This document shows positions 24,969 through 34,031 of a stretch of DNA of 64,000 bases, one piece after another (position 1 is the first letter of the stretch; each line of letters starts with the position of its first letter). The DNA comes from a virus (Duplodnaviria > Caudoviricetes): the IMG/VR virus record IMGVR_UViG_3300028048_000112, positions 24,956-88,955 of that record; one strand, 5' to 3'. The notes beneath the pieces were generated by a model. The model searched no databases. It was not told the origin of the DNA and saw only the letters and a program-made list of their open reading frames with translations. The position numbers and the translations under genes were made by a program.

Positions 24969-25136
24969 AAAACTCGGCTATTCGATTTTTACTTAATCGA
25001 ATAAAAACACATCGGTCTTTCTTTTTCAATCGGTGTGTTTGGTCAGTTTTTATTACATGGGCTCCTTTTTGGCTTGCGAAAACCTCCTTTTTTTGGCATG
25101 AGGTCTCTCCCTCTTTTGAGGGAGAGACATTTTTTT
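24966..25136 (+). ncRNA. Candidate small RNA (about 170 nt) with two hairpins, two anti-SD repeats and a terminator
   Basis: Promoter motif; hairpins 24979-25003 and 25005-25040; CTCCTTTTT(TT)GGC twice; GTCTCTCCCTC-TTTT-GAGGGAGAGAC-ATTTTTTT. Confidence 0.55.
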
Positions 25137-25144
25137 ATACATTT

Positions 25145-25157
25145 ACAATCTAATATA
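25145..25157 (+). promoter_or_regulatory. Late-type promoter motif
   Basis: ACAATCTAATATA. Confidence 0.6.
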
Positions 25158-25179
25158 TCAAATTATAAAGGTGTAAATT

Positions 25180-27333
25180 ATGGCTGAGATTGATATAGAT
25201 AGTAGTTTGAAAACTAATCAAACTGCTGCTGAAGCATATAATGACTTTAACGTCGATAGAGCCGGTTTATATGAAAATACGATGAATGAACGTATGCAAA
25301 ACAATAACAACATCTATCGACATGAAAATTTCGATGTGTATATAAAAGACGTTATGACTGGTCAAACTATTCCTTATATGACTACTTTGGATCCTATAAG
25401 AATGGCTAGAGCTGGTAATAATCCTGAAGATGATGCTTCACTTGTATATAAGCACAATATAAGTTCTAGTACATTAGGTCAAATGCGTGTTAATTCATCA
25501 GACCATTTTAATGCTAGATCATGTGTAGAAGCATTAGGATTATATACTACCACATACATAAAAGAACAAGTTATGAATATGGGAGATAAAAACTCAGATT
25601 TGGGTGCTATGGAAGATCGTACAGCAGTAAATAACATGACCTTCCGTAATTATCTTAAAACCGGCACAATGCAAGATGCTGCTGGTCGACCTGTAATCAA
25701 AATGAACAGCGAAGATCAAAAGGATTATGAACGTGTTCCTGCTAACTTAGGAATAGGTTTAGGTGAAGCATTTGTATTAAATCCTGTATTCCAATTCAAT
25801 AAACGTGATGATCCTAGAACTAATCCAGTTTATACAAAAATAGGTCGTGTATATTCTACAAGAGTTATGAATAACTGGCCTATAGCACTATTTCAACCCG
25901 GACGATTAAAATATAATACCGGATTTATGAAATTGATTGGTCTTTTCGGTGGCGCAGGACCTAACGAAGCTTACATTAGATCTGGTGGCGAAGGTTTAAT
26001 GGGAATCATTTCGACATTCTTGACCACTCTTACAGATATTGGCGCAACCATTGGTGCTATTGGTAGTGCAGTATTTGGTGGATCTAAACTTGTTGAATTC
26101 CGTCAAGCAATTAAACTATTTAACGTTTATTATAGATCATTCTTAATCTCACTTTCTCAAATGATGGGTTTGTGGCATAACAATCCTGAAGGTAAATATG
26201 TCTATGGAGGACATGTAGACGATTTACAAATATGGAATATGCTACCAACATTACATATGAATGGATTTCTTAGTAGATTCTTAAATGCTCAATTCATTCC
26301 ATTCCGTTGTCAGAAAGGAATGATTGGTAGCGAAACATTCAGCAATAATACTGAAGAAAACCCGTTGATGGAAGAGATGAACTCTCAAGCTACACAAAAT
26401 GATGATACTGTTTCTCAAGGTAGTGTAGGATCATGGATTCAAGACAAACTTAAAGGTGTTTTGGGGCAATTCTCTGATAAAGCTGCTGTTCTTGCTGGTA
26501 ACGGACGTATTACATTACCTAACGTTTATTCATCTTCTTCATTCTCAAGATCATTTAACTGCGATTTCGAATTCCATTATCCGTATGGTGATGTTCTTGG
26601 TAAGTTTGAAAATCTTTATATACCATTAATTACATTATTGACTATGGGATTACCTAGACAGACTGGTAAATTGGTATACACATCTCCATTTGCAGTAAGA
26701 GTATTTGTTAAGAATCATATTATGATAAACTTTGGGATGATACAATCTATTTCTGTAACTAGAGGTGGAGATTCTAATGACTGGGGTCCAGATGGTTATC
26801 CTAAAACATTGAAAGTTACTGTTACTATACAAGATATGGAACCTAATATTTCATTGCCATTATCTGCACGTGGTCCTCTTCGTTGGGGTCTTGAAACACT
26901 ATTCCCTGCATCAGGATTCTCAGAATATCTGGCTACTCTTGGTGGTTTGGAAATAGATCAGTTACTATCTAACTCCAAAGATGGTTCTTTTAAACGTGCA
27001 ATGAATGTATTCCGTTCATCATGGTCAGCAAAATTGAATCCTGACAATATGTTAGCTTCTATTGTTAACTGCAGACCTATAGCAAGCATAATGTCATACT
27101 TTAGAGCAACAGATATGGAATCTATCAATAGAGCTGGAGACTTGAATAGAATTTGGCAAGATAATGCTAATGAATCTCTTTCAAATCCTATGGCATTCTC
27201 TCCAGAATCATTCCACTCTATGATGGATTTGGGTGGTGCTACTAAAGTCAATAAGGATAGTCAAGCTGGTGAAACTCAGGTTACACAAGCTATTAACGCT
27301 GAATCTAATCCAGCATTTAGAAACAATTCTTGA
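25180..27333 (+). CDS. Baseplate hub / tail-tube-initiator-like virion protein
   Basis: C-terminal SFNCDFEF...YTSPFAVRVF...FGMIQSISVTRG...GYPKTLKVTVTIQD tube/hub fold pattern; context. Confidence 0.6.
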   Translation: MAEIDIDSSLKTNQTAAEAYNDFNVDRAGLYENTMNERMQNNNNIYRHENFDVYIKDVMTGQTIPYMTTLDPIRMARAGNNPEDDASLVYKHNISSSTLGQMRVNSSDHFNARSCVEALGLYTTTYIKEQVMNMGDKNSDLGAMEDRTAVNNMTFRNYLKTGTMQDAAGRPVIKMNSEDQKDYERVPANLGIGLGEAFVLNPVFQFNKRDDPRTNPVYTKIGRVYSTRVMNNWPIALFQPGRLKYNTGFMKLIGLFGGAGPNEAYIRSGGEGLMGIISTFLTTLTDIGATIGAIGSAVFGGSKLVEFRQAIKLFNVYYRSFLISLSQMMGLWHNNPEGKYVYGGHVDDLQIWNMLPTLHMNGFLSRFLNAQFIPFRCQKGMIGSETFSNNTEENPLMEEMNSQATQNDDTVSQGSVGSWIQDKLKGVLGQFSDKAAVLAGNGRITLPNVYSSSSFSRSFNCDFEFHYPYGDVLGKFENLYIPLITLLTMGLPRQTGKLVYTSPFAVRVFVKNHIMINFGMIQSISVTRGGDSNDWGPDGYPKTLKVTVTIQDMEPNISLPLSARGPLRWGLETLFPASGFSEYLATLGGLEIDQLLSNSKDGSFKRAMNVFRSSWSAKLNPDNMLASIVNCRPIASIMSYFRATDMESINRAGDLNRIWQDNANESLSNPMAFSPESFHSMMDLGGATKVNKDSQAGETQVTQAINAESNPAFRNNS

Positions 27334-27391
27334 AATATTTGTTAAATATGCTAGGGATCCAATCCCTAGCATATATTTTATTTACGAATTT

Positions 27392-27404
27392 ACAATTTTA
27401 TATA
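27392..27404 (+). promoter_or_regulatory. Late-type promoter motif
   Basis: ACAATTTTATATA. Confidence 0.6.
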
Positions 27405-27425
27405 CTATATCGAGGTTAACCAACT

Positions 27426-28631
27426 ATGCGCATAGCCGATACAAATTTCAATTCAATATCACTTGGTTCTGATTCTAATAGAGATACTATAGGAATAGTA
27501 TTCAAAACCTCTGCAGAATTAAATAATAGACCGTTGTTAGGTTTAATTATTCCTAAATTCATGATAGGTTACGACTTTAGAAATGGTGATAAACCGTCAG
27601 ATACAGATCTCAAAATTTCTGGTTCTAAATGTATTAATGACGAATCGTGTAAGAAATTCTGGGATACAGACATAAACATTAAGAACTATATATTAGTAAG
27701 ACCTTATTTAAATCAAAACATTTCGATGCCTTTGTATACTGTTGGAGATAAGGTTATTGTAACTGTGATTGATAATGATATAAAAACGTTAGCATTTTTA
27801 CCATATTCAATCAATCGTCTTGGTCAAAGAGCTACTGATAAATTTATGGCTTCGGTTCCAGCTAATCCTAAAGAAAACACATCATTGACTGAAAATAACA
27901 CATACTTTATTAAACTTGATTCAAAAGCTAAAGTTCTTATTCTTTCAACATCAAAAGAAAATGGAGAAACTGCTGCTCAAACAATAGGTATGGATCCAGG
28001 AAATGGTCAAATTGCTATTACAGATAACGATAAGCTTGTTTGGATGATGGATACTAATCAAGATGCTATAACAAGTAAAACGTCTGGAACAACTATCGAG
28101 CAAAAGTCTAATGCTATAACAATGACTGGAGATATCATTAACCTGAATGGTGAATCTCAAGTTAATATAAAAACTGATGCTATGAATGTAGATTCAAATA
28201 CGATAAAATCTAAAGCAACGGACGCTAAATATGAATACGATTCATTTACACATACTAGTCAAATGGGTAAATGGGAAGTAGATACTGAAGAGCATAGTAA
28301 TATGGCAATGGCTGTAAAAGCTTCAACATATCATAATGATACACCAATAATAGGTTTGAATGGAAATACAATATTCCCATCATTTACAATTGGTGCTGTA
28401 CCAAATATAAACGTTCCTGTAGCTCCTACAGCAGGATTATCAGGTCCTCAAGGATCAATGCTAATGCAAACAGATCCTGGTGCTGTACCATTAGTAAAAT
28501 TCCCGCAATTGGTTCCGATATTACGTGCTATTGCTTCTGCGGCAGATTCTTATCCATCTGGTGGTGGTTCAGCTTCTGCAGCTGTTGCACAATTGGCTAA
28601 TGCTGCTACTACGAAAATGATGTCATCGTGA
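27426..28631 (+). CDS. Baseplate central spike-like protein (gp5/VgrG-like OB fold plus beta-helix)
   Basis: PLYTVGDKVIV...DND OB motif, followed by repetitive beta-strand segments (IEQKSNAITMTGDIINLNGESQVNIKT). Confidence 0.6.
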   Translation: MRIADTNFNSISLGSDSNRDTIGIVFKTSAELNNRPLLGLIIPKFMIGYDFRNGDKPSDTDLKISGSKCINDESCKKFWDTDINIKNYILVRPYLNQNISMPLYTVGDKVIVTVIDNDIKTLAFLPYSINRLGQRATDKFMASVPANPKENTSLTENNTYFIKLDSKAKVLILSTSKENGETAAQTIGMDPGNGQIAITDNDKLVWMMDTNQDAITSKTSGTTIEQKSNAITMTGDIINLNGESQVNIKTDAMNVDSNTIKSKATDAKYEYDSFTHTSQMGKWEVDTEEHSNMAMAVKASTYHNDTPIIGLNGNTIFPSFTIGAVPNINVPVAPTAGLSGPQGSMLMQTDPGAVPLVKFPQLVPILRAIASAADSYPSGGGSASAAVAQLANAATTKMMSS

Positions 28632-28641
28632 GGTAAAAAAA

Positions 28642-29082
28642 ATGAATTTAACTACTATACACAACAATAATCAAAGCTTTTCTTCTACAGTAATTCAACA
28701 AATACGAAATAGTGCAAACATAGAAAAAGCTTCATATCCTGAAAGATATACTAATCCAGAATTAAACAAATTCACAACTAGCAATTTGAATATGATTCTT
28801 AGAGATAATATTCTTATTGGTAAATATTTTAACAAAATCAAATCTACTGCTAGAACAATAACTCTATCAAGAGAATTGAATATCCGCTATAGATTTAAAC
28901 CAGAATTGTTAGCTTCTGATGAATTTGGTATGCCAGGTTTATGGTATGTAATACTTAAACTAAATGGTTGTGAAGATTTTTCCGAATTCCACGATTTACA
29001 GTATGTTATAGTACCAGATTTACATACTATAACACAATGTATTCTCGATGAAGAATACATACTAGAAAAAGAAGTTTTATAA
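28642..29082 (+). CDS. Baseplate wedge protein, gp53/LysM-like
   Basis: YRFKPELLASDEFGMPGLWYVILKLNG motif. Confidence 0.7.
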   Translation: MNLTTIHNNNQSFSSTVIQQIRNSANIEKASYPERYTNPELNKFTTSNLNMILRDNILIGKYFNKIKSTARTITLSRELNIRYRFKPELLASDEFGMPGLWYVILKLNGCEDFSEFHDLQYVIVPDLHTITQCILDEEYILEKEVL

Positions 29083-29115
29083 AAAAAAAGAAGGGCTTAA
29101 CAGCCCTTCTTTTAA

Positions 29116-29682
29116 TTAAAATTCAATCACGTTTAGGTTAAACCTTTTAGACATCGTATAAGAGAGATTCTTTTTCATAACCTCTTTTTCTTTATCTGTA
29201 TAAGGTCTATAACCTAAGAGAGTTTTCTTATAGTAGGATGATAATGCGTAATTTACAATTTCGCTATTGAGAAACGCATTCTTACGAATCCCAAGTTTAT
29301 TGAACGCATACTTGTCAGCTTCTTGCTCGAGTTTCATGTCATTGCACTCATAGTTTTTGTGTCCTAATACAATGTGGCCAATCTCATGCCATAACACAAA
29401 ACGTTTTGCTGTTCCTCTCGTATCACCATTCTTAACATGACGAACGATATAATGACGAGAAGCTGTGAATTTATTCTTCTTAAGAGAATAAGTTATAGTT
29501 CGTTCAAATGCTGAACCTCCTCCACAAGAAGATAATACTTTCTTAGTTTTTCTAGACAACTTGATCGAGTTGTCTAAGAAAATCTTGTCGAAATCGACAT
29601 TTATGACAGTGATCTCATGATTTTCAACTTTCATGGTCTCAATATCACCAATGCCGATTAACACCTCCAAATCTCTATTCAT
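29116..29682 (-). CDS. ImmA/IrrE-like HExxH zinc metallopeptidase
   Basis: FVLWHEIGHIVLGH...EQEADKYA. Confidence 0.7.
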   Translation of the reverse strand: MNRDLEVLIGIGDIETMKVENHEITVINVDFDKIFLDNSIKLSRKTKKVLSSCGGGSAFERTITYSLKKNKFTASRHYIVRHVKNGDTRGTAKRFVLWHEIGHIVLGHKNYECNDMKLEQEADKYAFNKLGIRKNAFLNSEIVNYALSSYYKKTLLGYRPYTDKEKEVMKKNLSYTMSKRFNLNVIEF

Positions 29683-29697
29683 CTTTAATACTCCTCC

Positions 29698-29976
29698 TTA
29701 GTATTTTAATGAGACCGATTCGAAATAACGCTCAGCGTCGAGCTTCGCACCTTCCAGCGTCATATAACGATTCCTGATGTTAAACTTAGGATAATCTTCA
29801 GGATCAATATCCACTTCGTCTTTAACACATATTGATCCCCAATAATATCCTTCATTATTTTCTTCAGGAAATACAGCTACTATAATACGATTACTGTAAT
29901 TGTCCTCGTATTCCCAGTATTGAATGGCTTTTTCATAAAGTTCATTCAAATCGACTTTGATCGATTCTATAATCAT
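29698..29976 (-). CDS. Small acidic early protein
   Basis: AAAGGAG SD; start revised to MIIESIK; in-frame upstream ATG at 30018. Confidence 0.75.
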   Translation of the reverse strand: MIIESIKVDLNELYEKAIQYWEYEDNYSNRIIVAVFPEENNEGYYWGSICVKDEVDIDPEDYPKFNIRNRYMTLEGAKLDAERYFESVSLKY

Positions 29977-30021
29977 AATTACTCCTTTGGATAGATATAG
30001 TTTTCTTGTTCTACCCATTAA

Positions 30022-30033
30022 TATAATATATAA
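30022..30033 (-). promoter_or_regulatory. Early-type promoter
   Basis: Exact motif. Confidence 0.75.
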
Positions 30034-30096
30034 ATAATAAAAAAATAAAGGCAGTCATTAATGACTGCCTTTATTTATAGATCAAGAAAATGTTTA

Positions 30097-30636
30097 TTAA
30101 TGATTGTGAATATATAAATCTTTTCTATATAAAGCACTTTTGCATCTACAGATATTCCACCATTCATTCATTTCTTTCTGATCATCTTCTGTAAATGTCA
30201 TGCCAGATAACATTATAGCTTCATCTTGATCTATAGTACCTTTTCCTAATTTAGTCATAATAGATTTTTTCAACCATTCATCTTCTAGTTTCATTATAGT
30301 AACAAAATTCTTTAAAGTTATGAACCTAGAAAAGTTTTTTCTAAAATATCGTCGATATTTATTAAATTTAAGAACTAGATCTTTATTAGATTCGTAATAT
30401 TTTTTGGACCGTTCAAGATATTTGTCTTTATGAGTTTCACGATAATTTTTACAATATTCTCTTTTCTCTTCCTTATGATTCTCATAATACTTTTTACAAT
30501 ATTTCTTATTATACTCTTTATAAATCTCGCGATATTTTTTTCTGTCTTCTTTATGAGATTCACGATAATTTTTATAATAATCTTTATGAGTCTCATAATG
30601 CTTCTTCCAATATTCTCTTTTCTCTTCATTATTCAT
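30097..30636 (-). CDS. Basic repeat protein (K-Y-Y/R-E-x-H-K repeats), paralog 1
   Basis: Start MNNEEK after AAGGAG; C-terminal ~80 aa near-identical to 30749..31303. Confidence 0.8.
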   Translation of the reverse strand: MNNEEKREYWKKHYETHKDYYKNYRESHKEDRKKYREIYKEYNKKYCKKYYENHKEEKREYCKNYRETHKDKYLERSKKYYESNKDLVLKFNKYRRYFRKNFSRFITLKNFVTIMKLEDEWLKKSIMTKLGKGTIDQDEAIMLSGMTFTEDDQKEMNEWWNICRCKSALYRKDLYIHNH

Positions 30637-30687
30637 CTCCAATACTCCTTTTGAGCAGGTTTGATTTTTTTTTATCCTACTCATTAA

Positions 30688-30699
30688 TATAATATATAA
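30688..30699 (-). promoter_or_regulatory. Early-type promoter
   Basis: Exact motif. Confidence 0.75.
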
Positions 30700-30748
30700 A
30701 TAATAAAAAAATAAAGGCAGTCTTAAAAAGACTGCCTTTATTTATGGA

Positions 30749-31303
30749 TTAAGAAAAAGCGCTTTTACATCTACAGATGTTCCACCATTCATTCATTTCT
30801 TTCTGATCATCTTCTGTAAATGTCATGCCAGATAACATTATAGCTTCATCTTGATCTATAGTACCTTTTCCTAATTTAGTCATAATAGAACGTTTCAACC
30901 ATTCATCTTCCAGTTTCATTATAGTAACAAAATTCTTTAAAGTTATGAACCTAGAAAAGTTTTTTCTAAAATATCGTCGATATTTATTAAATTTGAGAAT
31001 TTGATCTCTATGAGATTCACGATATTTTTTAGCTTGTTCTTTTTGCTTTTCGCTACGATTCTCATAATACTTTTTATAATGGTCTTTATGAGCCTCGTAA
31101 TATTTTTTAGCTTTGGCTTTTTGATTTTCTTTATGAGTCTCATAATACTCTTTCCAATGTTTCTTCGTATACTCTTTCCTTTCTTCTTTATGAGTCTCAT
31201 AATACTTTTTCCAATGTTTCTTCATATACTCTTTCCTTTCTTCTTTATGAGTCTCATAATACTTTTTCTGGTATTCTTTGTTCTTTTCCTTATCCTTAAT
31301 CAT
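30749..31303 (-). CDS. Basic repeat protein, paralog 2
   Basis: KKYYETHKEERKEY(M/T)KKHW repeats; shared C-terminal domain. Confidence 0.8.
   Translation of the reverse strand: MIKDKEKNKEYQKKYYETHKEERKEYMKKHWKKYYETHKEERKEYTKKHWKEYYETHKENQKAKAKKYYEAHKDHYKKYYENRSEKQKEQAKKYRESHRDQILKFNKYRRYFRKNFSRFITLKNFVTIMKLEDEWLKRSIMTKLGKGTIDQDEAIMLSGMTFTEDDQKEMNEWWNICRCKSAFS
31130..31263 (-). repeat. 57-bp tandem repeat (about 2.3 units) encoding 19-aa units
   Basis: TTTATGAGTCTCATAATACT starts at 31130, 31187 and 31244. Confidence 0.9.
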
Positions 31304-31355
31304 ATATTTAATACTCCTTTTGAATAGGTTTGGATTTTATTTTCCTATTCATTAA

Positions 31356-31367
31356 TATAATATATAA
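31356..31367 (-). promoter_or_regulatory. Early-type promoter
   Basis: Exact motif. Confidence 0.75.
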
Positions 31368-31376
31368 CTAAAAAAA

Positions 31377-31413
31377 GAAATCCTACTCACACCTTTCGGT
31401 GCTTTCGGATTTC
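31377..31413 (-). repeat. Structured 3' element family 1, copy C
   Basis: Minus strand: GAAATCC-GAAAG-CACC-GAAA-GGTG-TGAGTA-GGATTTC-TTTTTT. Confidence 0.85.
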
Positions 31414-31433
31414 TTTTAGAGACTACTTTTGGA

Positions 31434-31634
31434 TCACCATCCAAATACAACTTTTCTCAATTTAATGAAGAAAGTTTTTACTGTGATCCAAATCTTCTTT
31501 ACCACTCTAACTGGCAAAGAAGATCTTTTGTCAGATGACCAGCTCTCGAGCTCTTCGAGACTGATCGTGTGATACTTACCATTGCGGATGTTATCAGCAA
31601 TGATTTCCGCCAGAACGTTGTTTACCGTATTCAT
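31434..31634 (-). CDS. Small early hypothetical protein (66 aa)
   Basis: Start revised to MNTVNN after AAGAGGT SD. Confidence 0.7.
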   Translation of the reverse strand: MNTVNNVLAEIIADNIRNGKYHTISLEELESWSSDKRSSLPVRVVKKIWITVKTFFIKLRKVVFGW

Positions 31635-31690
31635 ATAATACCTCTTGAAGATAGGGATTGAGATTTTGGTTGTTTCCCCTTCTTCAGTAT

Positions 31691-31702
31691 TATAATATAT
31701 AA
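31691..31702 (-). promoter_or_regulatory. Early-type promoter, island head with poly-G spacer
   Basis: Exact motif followed on + by GT-G10-A-TTGAACAGAAA. Confidence 0.75.
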
Positions 31703-31772
31703 GTGGGGGGGGGGATTGAACAGAAATAAATATAGTGACTCTGGAATAATCCAGAGTCACTTATATGTTAAA

Positions 31773-34013
31773 TTAGTTAATCAGTGTACTTTTTACTCTA
31801 GCAGATTCATCTTCAGATAGCAATCCGAGTTTATATGCAGCAACGAATGTTGTTGTTAAAGCTTTAGCTTTATTCAAAACTACGAGAGCTTCAGAAGAAT
31901 TAGAAACATCTACCTTTTCTGTACATTTAGTAAGAATACGTTCAAACAAGTTAGTATTGATTTTAGTAGTATCTACTTCATCAACAACGAATTCTACAAG
32001 ATCATCAATATTGAAATTGATTACTGTAGATTTACCTTTAAACGTTTCTTTGTACCTATTCTTAATATCTTTTTTAACTTTTTCGATTTCATCAGCATAG
32101 CAGAATCCATAAGCATCGATGTCTTTCAAACTGTTGAGTTTAATCTTGTCTGGAGAATCAGTATTCTCACTCTTTGACAAGAAGACCTGCATGTTAACAA
32201 AGTCATCAATAGGACACACTGCTTCCATAGAGTTGAGAGCTGTAATCTTATTTTCAACATCGATCTTTTCACCTGGTTCAAGATCAAACATCTTTTCATT
32301 AAGAAGTTCTTCAAGATAACCAAGCTGATTCTTATTACCAATTACATCGATACCATTTTTAATATCGTTCTGAATATCTGTAATCTTTAAACCAAGTTTA
32401 AAGATTTCTGCAAGTTCATGTTCATGTAATTCCTCTTTAGAAATAGCAGGATCAGCTTTATCTCTGATAATCTTGTTATTGAAAAGAGAGTTTACTGCGT
32501 TCTGAACGTGATCGTCTGTTCTCTGATACTTACCATCAAGAATACCGACAATTCCAAGATCACCAAGGAATGTATCTGTAGCATCTTTGATACTATTTAC
32601 CTGATCAATCTGTTTTTCAAGTTTCTTATTCAACTCATCAGCGGTTACACCGTCGATAGGAGAAGACTCATTAGAAAGAAGAGATTTAAGTTCTGCTGAA
32701 CGACGTCCTACAGAATCGAAGAAGTGCTTACCGTTATCTGGTGTGAGAGCAAGGAATGCTATCAGATTACGTTTAGGATTAATGATTCTACCATTGAATC
32801 TTTCACAAGAAAGTGGGAAGAAATCTTTAGCAAGTGCTTCTTCTGTAAGTTCATCGGCTTTAATTTCAGGAACTTCACTAGTACCATACTGGAATTTGTC
32901 GACATCTACGGTTATTTCTTTAACAGAATCAGGGTCATCAGCATCATCAAAATCGGAATAACCATCATCAGAATCATTGTCTTCAGAGGTACCATAGTCG
33001 TCATCACCACCGTTATCATCGTCATAATTGTCGTAGTCATCATCTTCTGTAGAATTCATATCATCGCTGTCTGTGTCAGATGTTGACATCGTTTCGTGAT
33101 TTGCAGGAACCGCATCTGAATCAATACCATCATCAAGCTGACGGAATTCTTTAAGAATATCCTCAGCAGTTTGCTTAGAGAATGAGTTTTCATCGAATGT
33201 CGATTCATTCAATGCTTCTGTAGAAGAGATATTTGCATCGACGACTTTATAAAGATCGTTCTTTGTAAAGGTTTTGGTACTCTTTTTAGCTTCGACCAAC
33301 CAACCTTCTGTACCCATATCTTCATCTTTCTTATTGGTTTCACCATCTTTAGAATCACCATTGATTTCATTTTCGAAATCCTGTTTAAGTTCACCAATCT
33401 CTGTTACAGCATCACGAACGATTTTGTTTTTAGCTTCTGTAGCAGTTGTGAGTTTGAGAACATCTTTTTTAAGTTCTTCTACGATTGATCCACCTTCGAT
33501 AGAAAGACATGTTTTCATCTGAGCTTTGAAGTTTTCTTTGTTAGCAAACTCATCTTCAAACATCAGATTCTCGAAAGTTTTTTCAATGTATGTAAGACAT
33601 TCTTCTGAGCTAAGATTATCGAGTTTACCAGCTTCGAACTCAGCTTCAAGAGTATTAAGTCTGTCTTGAGACTCATTATAGATATGTGTAGCCAAAAGTT
33701 TTTGTACAGATTCGCTGAAATCTTCAGGATTTACAATCTCTCTTGCCATATCTACATCATGAAGTTTATTTGTTTCATCAACAAATGCGTTGTTGATAAT
33801 CTTTTTGGTAGCTTCAGCAATACTGTGTGTAGATTCCTTAAAAATAGCCTCTTTAGTTCCAAGACTTGTACCTTCAGGAATCTTAAGTACAGTTGACTGC
33901 TTAACAAGTTTTGTCATAAAACCGTTAAGATATTCTTCAAAGGCACGTTCTTTCCATTCATCTGCACGTATCCTGGCAGCTGCCATAAAATCGGATTTAC
34001 TATCATTAAGCAT
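31773..34013 (-). CDS. Acidic virion/head-assembly protein (putative)
   Basis: 746 aa, Asp-rich linker, several S/G-x-E motifs (STEA, SMEA, SSEA, GTEG); co-oriented with the baseplate gene. Confidence 0.6.
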   Translation of the reverse strand: MLNDSKSDFMAAARIRADEWKERAFEEYLNGFMTKLVKQSTVLKIPEGTSLGTKEAIFKESTHSIAEATKKIINNAFVDETNKLHDVDMAREIVNPEDFSESVQKLLATHIYNESQDRLNTLEAEFEAGKLDNLSSEECLTYIEKTFENLMFEDEFANKENFKAQMKTCLSIEGGSIVEELKKDVLKLTTATEAKNKIVRDAVTEIGELKQDFENEINGDSKDGETNKKDEDMGTEGWLVEAKKSTKTFTKNDLYKVVDANISSTEALNESTFDENSFSKQTAEDILKEFRQLDDGIDSDAVPANHETMSTSDTDSDDMNSTEDDDYDNYDDDNGGDDDYGTSEDNDSDDGYSDFDDADDPDSVKEITVDVDKFQYGTSEVPEIKADELTEEALAKDFFPLSCERFNGRIINPKRNLIAFLALTPDNGKHFFDSVGRRSAELKSLLSNESSPIDGVTADELNKKLEKQIDQVNSIKDATDTFLGDLGIVGILDGKYQRTDDHVQNAVNSLFNNKIIRDKADPAISKEELHEHELAEIFKLGLKITDIQNDIKNGIDVIGNKNQLGYLEELLNEKMFDLEPGEKIDVENKITALNSMEAVCPIDDFVNMQVFLSKSENTDSPDKIKLNSLKDIDAYGFCYADEIEKVKKDIKNRYKETFKGKSTVINFNIDDLVEFVVDEVDTTKINTNLFERILTKCTEKVDVSNSSEALVVLNKAKALTTTFVAAYKLGLLSEDESARVKSTLIN

Positions 34014-34031
34014 TGTTTTCTCCTCAATTTA

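Noticed and set aside
24938-25153. 71-aa ORF in the track
   Set aside because: Starts inside the upstream gene, has no SD, runs through a terminator, and has a Phe/Trp-rich composition typical of non-coding DNA.
31377-31413. Hammerhead ribozyme, suggested by the GAAA/UGAG motifs
   Set aside because: No CUGANGA core, no third stem and no UH cleavage site.
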